From assembly GCA_027046625.1 (NCBI GenBank), contig JALTXX010000002.1, forward strand, positions 1 to 23,297: DNA of 23,297 bases, read 5' to 3'. Within the stretch, counting starts at the first letter, position 1, and each line of letters starts with the position of its first letter. Below are positions 16,215-23,297 of this stretch, piece after piece. The notes beneath the pieces are model-generated. The model did not search any database. It was not told the DNA's origin and saw only the letters and a list, made by a program, of their open reading frames with translations. The DNA is from Candidatus Micrarchaeota archaeon (GTDB taxonomy: Archaea; Iainarchaeota; Iainarchaeia; JAADDC01). A program made the position numbers and the translations under genes.

Positions 16215-17105
16215 CTCCCCTCCTTCTTCCTCCCCCTTCTTTTCTTCTACCGGCGGGGAAGCTATTTCAACGCCTGTTACCTCCTTGGGGAGGATGGATG
16301 CCAGGGATAGGGCCTTTGCGTGTGCTGTAGAGAGTATGAGAGGTGCCGTCTCTTTTGTAAGGATTCCTGCGTTTACTGCTAGATTGACTGCCTTTCTGTG
16401 GGCATCAGAGAGCATGAGAGGTACTGTAAGTTTTGTGGGGTACCCTGCATTGTAGGATAGGTTAAATGCATGAGCAGATGCTTCCTTTATCCAGTTTAGT
16501 ACATCTTCCTCTGTAATGCCTAACACATCTTCTCTATAGAGCAGTCCATCAGCGTAGGCAGCCAATACCCTGAGATATATAACTACTGGCTTCACTCCCA
16601 TAATCTCTAGTACCTTTGCAAGCTTTTCGTCTACGATATCCCCTTTCTTTATAACAGTTATATCTTTTTCTACCTCTACGGAGCCTTTCACAGATCTTAC
16701 GGGTATTCCAGCAGCTTTTACCTCTGAGAGCATGGTTACAGGAACGGGTACGGGCCCTTTTTGTAGTGTAACGTCTACAGGAGATGGTTTGTTCGGTCTA
16801 AGCGGTGCCACATCTCTCAGAGACGTGATCTCCCTGAACAGTACTACAGGATCCTCATCTGATAAAATAACTGCGGATGGATGCCCTTCCACAAATTGGG
16901 GCAGTGGAGTCCCCTCAAGAGCTCTTACGATTACAGTGTTTTTGTATACCTTTATTATAGCCTTTCCCTTCAGTTTCTTTCTAAGCTCTTGCATCATACT
17001 AGCTGGAACTCCCTCTATGTTAGCTACCATGACCGTTCTATATTTCTTTAGCATGCCCTTTAGCTCTTCAACCTGTCTTTGTTTTATCTCTATGCTCCTT
17101 CTCAT
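16146..17105 (-). CDS. rpl10: Ribosomal protein uL10/P0
   Basis: KNT...RAL, three C-terminal A...A.NL/SL P1-binding repeats and a GLASLFG tail. Lies between rpl1 and rpl12. Confidence 0.95.
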   Translation of the reverse strand: MRRSIEIKQRQVEELKGMLKKYRTVMVANIEGVPASMMQELRKKLKGKAIIKVYKNTVIVRALEGTPLPQFVEGHPSAVILSDEDPVVLFREITSLRDVAPLRPNKPSPVDVTLQKGPVPVPVTMLSEVKAAGIPVRSVKGSVEVEKDITVIKKGDIVDEKLAKVLEIMGVKPVVIYLRVLAAYADGLLYREDVLGITEEDVLNWIKEASAHAFNLSYNAGYPTKLTVPLMLSDAHRKAVNLAVNAGILTKETAPLILSTAHAKALSLASILPKEVTGVEIASPPVEEKKGEEEGGEEEEKEEEKKEEEATEGLASLFG

Positions 17106-17755
17106 GCCACTCTCACCGCCGGCCCCATGGTTGTTTTCACATACACAGATCCTATGTTTTGTTCATTTATCTTTGAAAGTACTCCTCTTATCACTGCCAT
17201 GGCATTTTCTGTTAGCTCCTCAACCTCCATCTCCCTTGTTCCTATGGGAGCGTGGACGGTGGGGAGTGGTTTGCCCTTTTTGTTGGTCAGTATGACTGTT
17301 CTCCTAAGGTTTTCCACAAGGGTTTTAACTGTTCGTATGTTTGGAGGTGCTATCACCTTGGGCATCTTCTTCCTTGGTCCAAGTACGGGACCCATGATCT
17401 TACCTACCAGTGGCATAAGAGAGGGTTCTGCTATGAAGTAATCAAATTCCTTTGCAAGCTTCTTCACAGCTTTCTTATCAAGTGACTGGAGCTCATCCTT
17501 TGTAATAATTTTATCCACGATATTTTCTTTCTTTAGCTCTGCGGCAAGAGCTTTGTCCACTATGGCAGCAATTTTTACAGGTTTGCCTCTGCCCTTTGGA
17601 AGAATGACCTCGACCTCTATTCTATTTTCTGGTTTTTTGAAATCTATATTACGGAAGTTAATGGTGATATCTACACTCTCCAAAAAATTCCTCTTCTTTG
17701 CATTTGATATGGCCTTCTCTATGGCATTCCTAAGCTGGTTTTCATCTATCTTCAT
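17102..17755 (-). CDS. rpl1: Ribosomal protein uL1
   Basis: RNF.ESVDI..N, LP.GRGK, G..LGPR.KMP and VYVKTTMGP. Confidence 0.97.
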   Translation of the reverse strand: MKIDENQLRNAIEKAISNAKKRNFLESVDITINFRNIDFKKPENRIEVEVILPKGRGKPVKIAAIVDKALAAELKKENIVDKIITKDELQSLDKKAVKKLAKEFDYFIAEPSLMPLVGKIMGPVLGPRKKMPKVIAPPNIRTVKTLVENLRRTVILTNKKGKPLPTVHAPIGTREMEVEELTENAMAVIRGVLSKINEQNIGSVYVKTTMGPAVRVA

Positions 17756-17761
17756 GTGCTG

Positions 17762-17790
17762 CCCCTCCCGCCCCTGGCGGTGCTACGGGG
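17762..17790 (-). promoter_or_regulatory. Putative uL1-binding translational operator hairpin overlapping the rpl1 SD
   Basis: The mRNA reads CCCC-GUAGCA-CCGCC-AGG-GGCGG-GA-GGGG: two GC helices around an asymmetric GA / G....A internal loop. It ends 6 nt before the ATG. Confidence 0.65.
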
Positions 17791-17812
17791 TTAAGATGGT
17801 GGAAAGGGAAAG

Positions 17813-18286
17813 TTATTTTAATGTTAGCTCTCCTTTCTCAAGGGCCCTTATTACCTCCTTAGGATCCTTTTCATCCACCTTTACACCCATAGATACGCAC
17901 GTTCCAAGCACTTCTTTTACCGCCGCCTCGAGGGATGCAGCATTCATTTGGTCCATCTTTTGTTTTGCTATGTCTACCACCTTCTCAAGGGAAATACTGC
18001 CTACCCATTCGCTTCCGGGGGAGTGAGCGCCCTTCTCTATCCTTAGTTCCTTCTTTATAAGGGCCGAAACTGGTGGGGAGCCTACCTCTATGGTATACTC
18101 CTTTGTAGTAGGGTTTACCTTTATGATGACGGGCACCTTCATGCCTGCGTACTTTGAAGTTGCCTTGTTGATGTCTGCTACCACCTTACCTACGGGCAGC
18201 CCCAGGGGGCTAAGGGTGGGTCCTATGGGGGGACCCGGAGTGGCCTTACCTCCCTCTATGAGAAGCTTCACCTCCATACTACTCAC
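17813..18286 (-). CDS. rpl11: Ribosomal protein uL11
   Basis: GGKATPGPPIGP.L.PLG, G.KVPV and GTC.SMG. Confidence 0.98.
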   Translation of the reverse strand: MSSMEVKLLIEGGKATPGPPIGPTLSPLGLPVGKVVADINKATSKYAGMKVPVIIKVNPTTKEYTIEVGSPPVSALIKKELRIEKGAHSPGSEWVGSISLEKVVDIAKQKMDQMNAASLEAAVKEVLGTCVSMGVKVDEKDPKEVIRALEKGELTLK

Positions 18287-18731
18287 CCTCCACTATCACA
18301 TTTGCCGCCTCTATGGTTACGGGTATCTTTATAGTGGCTTCAAGGGGTTCTACCGTTACCTCCTCCTTTTGAGGGTCCACCCTAAGTATCTTTGCCTTTA
18401 CACCCTTAAGGGGACCAGCCACAATTTTTACGATCTGACCTACCTTTAGCTCCTTCATGAGGGGCTCCTGTCTGAGGAGTCCTTCTACCTCCTTTACATC
18501 TATAGCCCCGGGAACCAGCCCCTTTGCGTGGGGGGTACCCTTTATGAGCCTTCTGAGGGATATCTCGTTGTCCGCCTCTACCAGTATGTATCCCTTTATT
18601 ATACCTTTTTGGCTGGGCGGAACCAGTACTGCATATATTTCCCCTGTCTTCTTCCCTTTCTCTGCCAACAGTTCTGCTACAAACTCCTCCTGTCTTGCGG
18701 TGGTTCTCACACCCCATATCATGCTATCCAC
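18279..18731 (-). CDS. spt5: Transcription elongation factor Spt5 (NusG)
   Basis: NGN domain (T...QE..VA, KGYILVE) plus KOW motif (G..V.I.AGP.KG). Confidence 0.95.
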   Translation of the reverse strand: MDSMIWGVRTTARQEEFVAELLAEKGKKTGEIYAVLVPPSQKGIIKGYILVEADNEISLRRLIKGTPHAKGLVPGAIDVKEVEGLLRQEPLMKELKVGQIVKIVAGPLKGVKAKILRVDPQKEEVTVEPLEATIKIPVTIEAANVIVEGE

Positions 18732-18885
18732 CTATGAATATGAAGTACGCAATGAGCTGGAAGATGTAACCTAGTATTCCAAGTGCTATGAAGCCTAACC
18801 CTGTTATCTTTAGCATCTGTAGAAACTCCTCCCTTGTGGGTTTTTTGGCAAGCTTCAGTATCCTAATATACTCCTGTAGGGACAT
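18724..18885 (-). CDS. secE: Protein translocase subunit SecE (Sec61-gamma); not in the ORF track
   Basis: Manual translation MSLQEYIRILKLAKKPTREEFLQMLKITGLGFIALGILGYIFQLIAYFIFIGG*. Lies between ftsZ and spt5. Confidence 0.95.
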   Translation of the reverse strand: MSLQEYIRILKLAKKPTREEFLQMLKITGLGFIALGILGYIFQLIAYFIFIGG

Positions 18886-18891
18886 TTGGCC

Positions 18892-19995
18892 TCACTCCAC
18901 AAATTCTATGTCAAGGCTAAGTTTATTCTGGGCTATATCTTTAAGTTCCTCAAGGAAGGGTATCTTACCGCCTGCGATGACCACAATGACGGATATCTGG
19001 TTCTTGGGATAATTCTCGTCTATCATGGCACCCCATATAAGATGGGCATCTGGATTTATTTTGCTTGATACCGCCTCTGCTATCATTTCGGCCTCCTTTA
19101 TGCTAAGATCTGTACCGCCTATAACATTTACGATTGCCTTGTTTGCTTCAGATATGTCTACATCAAGAAGCGGAGATGTAAGGGCATTTTCTACCGCCTC
19201 AAGGGCCCTTTCCTCAGGGGTGCCATCAAGGGAAGATTCGCCTATTCCTATCACAGCAGGGCCTCCTTTCTCCAGCACAGTTCTAAAGTCCGCAAAATCA
19301 AGGTTTACTATACCTACCTTTGTGATAGTTTCAGTAATACCCTTTATGGCGTTTGCCAGTATCTCATCTGCAACCTTGAAGGCTGCATTTAGAGGCAAAT
19401 CTGGTGCAACTTCTAACAATTTGTCATTGGGGATGATAATAATGGTATCTACTTCTTTCATAAGCTTGGAAAGTGACTTTATGGCATTTTCAAGCCTTAT
19501 TCTGCCCTCTGCCGTGAAGGGGAGTGTTACTATGGCAACTGTGAGGGCACCAAGGTCCTTTGCAATCTCTGCAATAACAGGGGCTGCCCCGCTACCTGTA
19601 CCTCCTCCCAAACCAGCGGTTACAAATACCAGATCAGCCCCCTCTATAGCCTTTCTTATATCCTCTGCATCTTCTCTTGCAGCCTGCTCCCCAAGGGAGG
19701 GATTGCTTCCAGCTCCCAGCCCCCTTGTGGTTTTCTTCCCTATGAGAACCTTCTTATCTGCCTTGGTGTGAAGAAGGTGTTGAGCGTCTGTATTTACAGC
19801 AATGAGTTCTGCACCAAATACACCCATCTCATGTAATCTGTTTATGGTGTTATTGCCTGCACCTCCAGCCCCTACAACCTTTATAACGGGCTGGGCGCTC
19901 CCTATGTATTTTTCAAGCTCTTCATCTACCACATTTTTCTTGGTTTCTGCCGCCTTTCTCGCCTTCTTGACAGCCTTTTCTACCACGGTCTTCAA
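18892..19995 (-). CDS. ftsZ: Cell division protein FtsZ (FtsZ1-type by context)
   Basis: VVGAGGAGNN, NTDAQ, GLGGGTGSG signature and NLDFAD. The probable TTG start at 19995 follows GGAGG (ORF open to 20037). Confidence 0.97.
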   Translation of the reverse strand: MKTVVEKAVKKARKAAETKKNVVDEELEKYIGSAQPVIKVVGAGGAGNNTINRLHEMGVFGAELIAVNTDAQHLLHTKADKKVLIGKKTTRGLGAGSNPSLGEQAAREDAEDIRKAIEGADLVFVTAGLGGGTGSGAAPVIAEIAKDLGALTVAIVTLPFTAEGRIRLENAIKSLSKLMKEVDTIIIIPNDKLLEVAPDLPLNAAFKVADEILANAIKGITETITKVGIVNLDFADFRTVLEKGGPAVIGIGESSLDGTPEERALEAVENALTSPLLDVDISEANKAIVNVIGGTDLSIKEAEMIAEAVSSKINPDAHLIWGAMIDENYPKNQISVIVVIAGGKIPFLEELKDIAQNKLSLDIEFVE

Positions 19996-20060
19996 GGCTA
20001 TCAACTCCTCCCGATTGCTAAATAGATGGGGCAGCAATTTTTATAAAACACTTTCGAGCC

Positions 20061-20906
20061 TTACAGTGTGTCTTCCCTCATGTGTTGTGTGGCAATCTTG
20101 TGAGCTAGCTCTAATACTTTTGGTTGCCTTTTGCCGTCCATCCAGAAGCGATCCACCAATTCCTCCGGTGGAAGCCCGTATCCCTTTGACACATAGACCC
20201 CCCTGTAGGGTTTTTGGGAGGGTAAAAGAGGTTTCTTTGCAACACCTAGGGATGGAAGGGATAGCATCATGCCTATATGAACAGCTTCTCCAGCTTTTCT
20301 TGGATGGGTAATTCCCTGTCCATCCACAAGTAGTAATCCTTTGAAGGGCTTTGCAGCCTTGTACATAAATGGAGCCTCCCTAAAAGCTAAATATGTTGGA
20401 ATATAGGGGAATCTAACCCTACCTTTCCATACTTTGTACTCCATCATCCCATCTTCCATAAGAACAGCCGCTCCATATCCATAGCATTCTTTGTACGATA
20501 CATCCACTCCTATAACGCCTTCGAAATCAAAGTCAAGGGATTTGTTCCTCCTTGCTATTTCTTCCTGGGCTCTTTGCATGTACTTAAGAATAGGTTTCAC
20601 TTGAAAATCGTTGAAAAATGCACGTTTCAGATTTACCTTCCCTCCTCTTATGGGTACTCCATCCTCCTTTAGCTTCTTTAGCTTTTCCTTAGATCCACCA
20701 AACGCATACCCTCCGATACTTCCATCGCTCATGACCACCTTGTAGCAAGGGATAGTAGGATCTCTATTCTCTGAAAGAATGGTTGCTACGGCCCTTGCAG
20801 CTATTTTATCACCCAACGCCTCTGCGATAGCCTTGTACGTGGTAACCTTTCCGGGAGGGATGGTAAGAAGGAGATGGTAAACCATAGTGTGCAGGATGGT
20901 ACACAT
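20061..20906 (-). CDS. Fusion of an O6-alkylguanine-DNA alkyltransferase-like domain and endonuclease V
   Basis: N-terminal IPPGKVTTY..IA..LG...ARAV...PCYKVV..DG..GGY. C-terminal GVDVSY, PYIP..LAFRE, LVDGQG..HPR and GVAK. Confidence 0.92.
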   Translation of the reverse strand: MCTILHTMVYHLLLTIPPGKVTTYKAIAEALGDKIAARAVATILSENRDPTIPCYKVVMSDGSIGGYAFGGSKEKLKKLKEDGVPIRGGKVNLKRAFFNDFQVKPILKYMQRAQEEIARRNKSLDFDFEGVIGVDVSYKECYGYGAAVLMEDGMMEYKVWKGRVRFPYIPTYLAFREAPFMYKAAKPFKGLLLVDGQGITHPRKAGEAVHIGMMLSLPSLGVAKKPLLPSQKPYRGVYVSKGYGLPPEELVDRFWMDGKRQPKVLELAHKIATQHMREDTL

Positions 20907-20936
20907 GTATTAAACCTTCCTGAGAATAGTTTTAGT

Positions 20937-21638
20937 ATGAAGCTGCTCCTCCATAGGAGCGGAAAGCGCATACTTGTAGAAAATAGAACCGTTATAAATA
21001 CGGAGTTTGGTCTTGTAGAGGTTAAAGACGGCCTAAGAAAGAGTAGTACGGGAGAGCTTTTCCTTGTTTCCGATCCGTGGTTTGTAGATGTGTGGAACAA
21101 CATAAAGAGAGGCCCTCAGATAACCCACTGGAAAGATCTGGGTGTGATCGTTTCTCTTACGGGAGCGGGGCCTGGATGGAGGATACTGGAGATGGGTGGA
21201 GGCTCTGGCTACTCTACACTCTTCTGGTCTAACATTGTAGGCAAGGAAGGAAAGGTTATAACCTTTGAAAACAATCCGAGACATTTTAGGATACTGCTAA
21301 GAAACGTAGAGGGTAGGGAAAACGTAGAGGTGAGGGAGGGAATCCCAGAGGTTGTCAAAGATGTACATATGGTGTTTGCCGACATTCCATACCCAGAACA
21401 CTATGTGGATGTAGCCTACGAATCCCTTTTGCCCGGAGGGTTCTTTGTTTCCTACCTACCAACAATAGAGCAGGTAAAGCGTTTGGAATCTTCTTTGGAG
21501 GGGTTTACGCAGCCTGTAGTGCATGAGGTAATTTACAGGGAATGGAAGCTTATGAATAGAACCCGTCCCCTATCCTCGGGTATTCTTCACACTGCATTTG
21601 TTGTAATAACAAGAAAAATAGGAAAGGAAACAACTTAG
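20937..21638 (+). CDS. trmI: tRNA (adenine-57/58-N1)-methyltransferase TrmI (GCD14 family)
   Basis: RGPQI...KD...I, ILEMGGGSG SAM motif, D.P.P, YLPT.EQV and HT.F. ATG20937 is preferred over 20874, which would overlap the divergent gene. Confidence 0.92.
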   Translation: MKLLLHRSGKRILVENRTVINTEFGLVEVKDGLRKSSTGELFLVSDPWFVDVWNNIKRGPQITHWKDLGVIVSLTGAGPGWRILEMGGGSGYSTLFWSNIVGKEGKVITFENNPRHFRILLRNVEGRENVEVREGIPEVVKDVHMVFADIPYPEHYVDVAYESLLPGGFFVSYLPTIEQVKRLESSLEGFTQPVVHEVIYREWKLMNRTRPLSSGILHTAFVVITRKIGKETT

Positions 21639-21994
21639 GCCTTTAGTGCCTCTGGCACGTCCTTTATCAGTACAGGTATGGCTACAGTGGCTACAAACAC
21701 TGGTATGAATGCCACTAGGAAGTTAGCTACTAACTGCCATACTGGTACGAGGGCCTGTGCAGGTGTGGTTCCTGTAAATGCTACTGTAAGTATAGCATAT
21801 GCTGCGAGAGGTGCATAAAGAGAGGCCCTCTCCTTCTCGTGCTTGATGGCGAAGCCCACTATTATACCTATCACTAGCTGTACCACCATGATCCATCCTT
21901 GTACTTCTGCACCCAGGTTCAGGAAGGGTGCCACTGCGTACACTATTGCCAGCAGCACTGCCAGGTAAAACAGGGGTCCTGCCAGCTCCTTCAT
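21635..21994 (-). CDS. Hypothetical small multi-pass (about 4 TM) membrane protein
   Basis: Hydrophobic helices. ATG21994 lies ~25 nt downstream of TATTTAAA (ORF open to 22048). Confidence 0.75.
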   Translation of the reverse strand: MKELAGPLFYLAVLLAIVYAVAPFLNLGAEVQGWIMVVQLVIGIIVGFAIKHEKERASLYAPLAAYAILTVAFTGTTPAQALVPVWQLVANFLVAFIPVFVATVAIPVLIKDVPEALKA

Positions 21995-22048
21995 GCTGAG
22001 AATGAGGGGAACCTTGTTTTTTAAATACAGCGCCTTCAACTTCGACAA

Positions 22049-22339
22049 TCAACTAAGTAAGGACTTCCAGCCATGTACGATGGCAATGGGGAGAATGTAC
22101 CACCCCATCAGCTGCCCCACCCTAACCAGATACGACACTCCTCCTACAGAACCTAGGAATATCACTGCTACTAGTATAGAAACAAGGCTTAGAAGATCTA
22201 CGGACTGGCTGTATGTTGCAAGGGCAACTATAGTACCTCCTATAAGTAAGATAGTTGACCAGACATCTACAACTCCAAAGAATGGTGCCAGGAATGCAAT
22301 TACAAAGGCAAGCATGTTAACCGTCTTCACCAGCTCCAT
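22049..22339 (-). CDS. Hypothetical small multi-pass membrane protein, probable paralog of the neighbour
   Basis: Hydrophobic helices. ATG22339 lies ~25 nt downstream of TTTATAA (ORF open to 22354). Confidence 0.75.
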   Translation of the reverse strand: MELVKTVNMLAFVIAFLAPFFGVVDVWSTILLIGGTIVALATYSQSVDLLSLVSILVAVIFLGSVGGVSYLVRVGQLMGWYILPIAIVHGWKSLLS

Positions 22340-22361
22340 AGGTATTTTTACCACCCGAAGG

Positions 22362-22652
22362 TTATAAATCTTTAATTCCCTTCAATGTACCACTCACCTT
22401 TGTGATGGGAAGAAAGGGCTCCTCCCCTATCGTTAAGGCTCCCCTTACAATGTAAACCCACTCCCTTCTTACCTCCAGTATGAGGGGATGAGATGAGATG
22501 ATCTTTATTCCAGCCATAGATGTGCCCCAACTGCCCAGTATTCTCCTAAGCTTTTCTTCTGCCCACTTTTTAGGGTCAGAAGAACCGCTTTTTATGAAAT
22601 CTACCTTTATATATCGTTTATTATCTCTCTTTGTTGGTTTTATGGGTTTCAA
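22362..22652 (-). CDS. rnp2: RNase P protein Pop5 (Rpp14/Pop5 family)
   Basis: MKP..PT.R..KRYI, LG..G...A and VSGTLK. Adjacent to an Rpp30-like gene. Confidence 0.88.
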   Translation of the reverse strand: MKPIKPTKRDNKRYIKVDFIKSGSSDPKKWAEEKLRRILGSWGTSMAGIKIISSHPLILEVRREWVYIVRGALTIGEEPFLPITKVSGTLKGIKDL

Positions 22653-23067
22653 GCTCGAACCACCTCTTTGATACAGCCATAAATGCAGAGTTGGGATCCA
22701 TACCTAAAAGGATGCCTATAGATGCTCTGTCGTGGGGAGATCTTAGCTGAGTTATGTGTTCCGCTCCGGAGGCGATGAGTATGGGCACTCTGTAAGACTG
22801 AACGAGTTTTACCCACTTTATAAACGATTCTAGGTTATCCTCCCTTATCCAGCGGGTAAAGAAGCCTAGCATAACATTATTTTGTTTTGATAACGAGAGC
22901 AACGCTCCATCTACCTTTGGGGTGAAGATAGCTCTCCATCTTCTTACCGCTTCTTTCGCATCCTTTACATCCTTCGCTATATAGACCTTCCAATCGGTTC
23001 TTACATTCCACCTTCTCAATAGTTCTTCCATCTCATCGCTCCTCTTTACTATCAAGTCCCCGTACAT
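22621..23067 (-). CDS. rnp3: RNase P protein Rpp30, shortened
   Basis: C-terminal VP.LIASGA....LRSP.D...LLG motif. Lies between a DUF54-like gene and pop5. Confidence 0.8.
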   Translation of the reverse strand: MYGDLIVKRSDEMEELLRRWNVRTDWKVYIAKDVKDAKEAVRRWRAIFTPKVDGALLSLSKQNNVMLGFFTRWIREDNLESFIKWVKLVQSYRVPILIASGAEHITQLRSPHDRASIGILLGMDPNSAFMAVSKRWFELETHKTNKER

Positions 23068-23296
23068 TTAGCATCTCCTCCAAATTTCTCAGATAAACCT
23101 CTCTTTTTGCAGGAAATGCTTCCACACTAAAGATTATCTTAACTACACCTCTTTCTGCTAGCCGGAACTTTCCTTTGTAAAGCTCTTGCTTGCTTAGCCT
23201 TATATGAAACCTACCAAACTCATCCAGCATCTCCTTATATCTCTTCCTTATAAATTCCCTATCTTCCTCTGGTAAATGCTCCATAATCCTTCTTAA
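23033..23296 (-). CDS. RNA-binding protein (DUF54/COG1325-like), 5'-truncated by the window
   Basis: G.FHIRLSKQ.LY.G and ..I.F.VEAFP motifs. The frame is open to the window edge, in the conserved position upstream of rpp30-pop5. Confidence 0.75.
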   Translation of the reverse strand, partial: LRRIMEHLPEEDREFIRKRYKEMLDEFGRFHIRLSKQELYKGKFRLAERGVVKIIFSVEAFPAKREVYLRNLEEMLNVRGLDSKEER

Positions 23297-23297
23297 T

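Noticed and set aside
2591-20311. Numerous long antisense ORFs (e.g. 2944-3552, 7218-7946, 10870-11664, 12706-13281, 19025-19771)
   Set aside because: Ser/Phe/Pro-rich shadows opposite well-identified K/E-rich genes, with no family motifs.
20874-20936. Head-to-head coding overlap of trmI and AGT-EndoV
   Set aside because: Disappears with the better-supported trmI start at ATG20937.
1-23297. CRISPR array, IS element, integrase, intein or tRNA intron
   Set aside because: No regularly spaced repeats, transposase or integrase ORF, or terminal inverted repeats. aIF5B and FtsZ have normal lengths, and the tRNA anticodon loop is uninterrupted.

Overview
Gene-dense archaeal chromosomal window, probably from a thermophilic, genome-reduced DPANN-like lineage. 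This is inferred from FtsZ plus SMC, shortened proteins, a very GC-rich tRNA, charged-residue-rich proteins and a missing CoA-pathway gene in a conserved operon. The left ~2.4 kb is accessory: an MNT-HEPN toxin-antitoxin pair, a class III signal-peptide pilin with an inserted C-type lectin domain, and an orphan helical protein with an internal duplication. tRNA-Leu(TAA) follows, overlapped by the 3' end of kae1. The rest is core. It includes the rpl7ae-rps28e-rpl24e-ndk-infB-rps6e-eif2g-PIN-ppa-rpoE-spt4-rps24e-rps27ae-kae1 superoperon, smc, and a membrane-anchored Lon-type (S16) protease. It also has ftsZ-secE-spt5-rpl11-rpl1-rpl10-rpl12, an alkyltransferase-endonuclease V fusion, trmI, two related small membrane proteins and a reduced RNase P protein cluster. 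Three small genes and one partial gene are absent from the ORF track and were translated by hand: rps27ae, rpl24e, secE and the MNT C-terminus. The most interesting observations are the lectin-pilin (candidate glycan-binding adhesin) and a circularly permuted uL1-binding-type hairpin over the rpl1 Shine-Dalgarno. Others are a candidate L7Ae k-turn/k-loop leader, an AGT-EndoV fusion with an altered active site, and an aIF2-gamma lacking its zinc knuckle. All family assignments come from motif recognition; no database searches were run.
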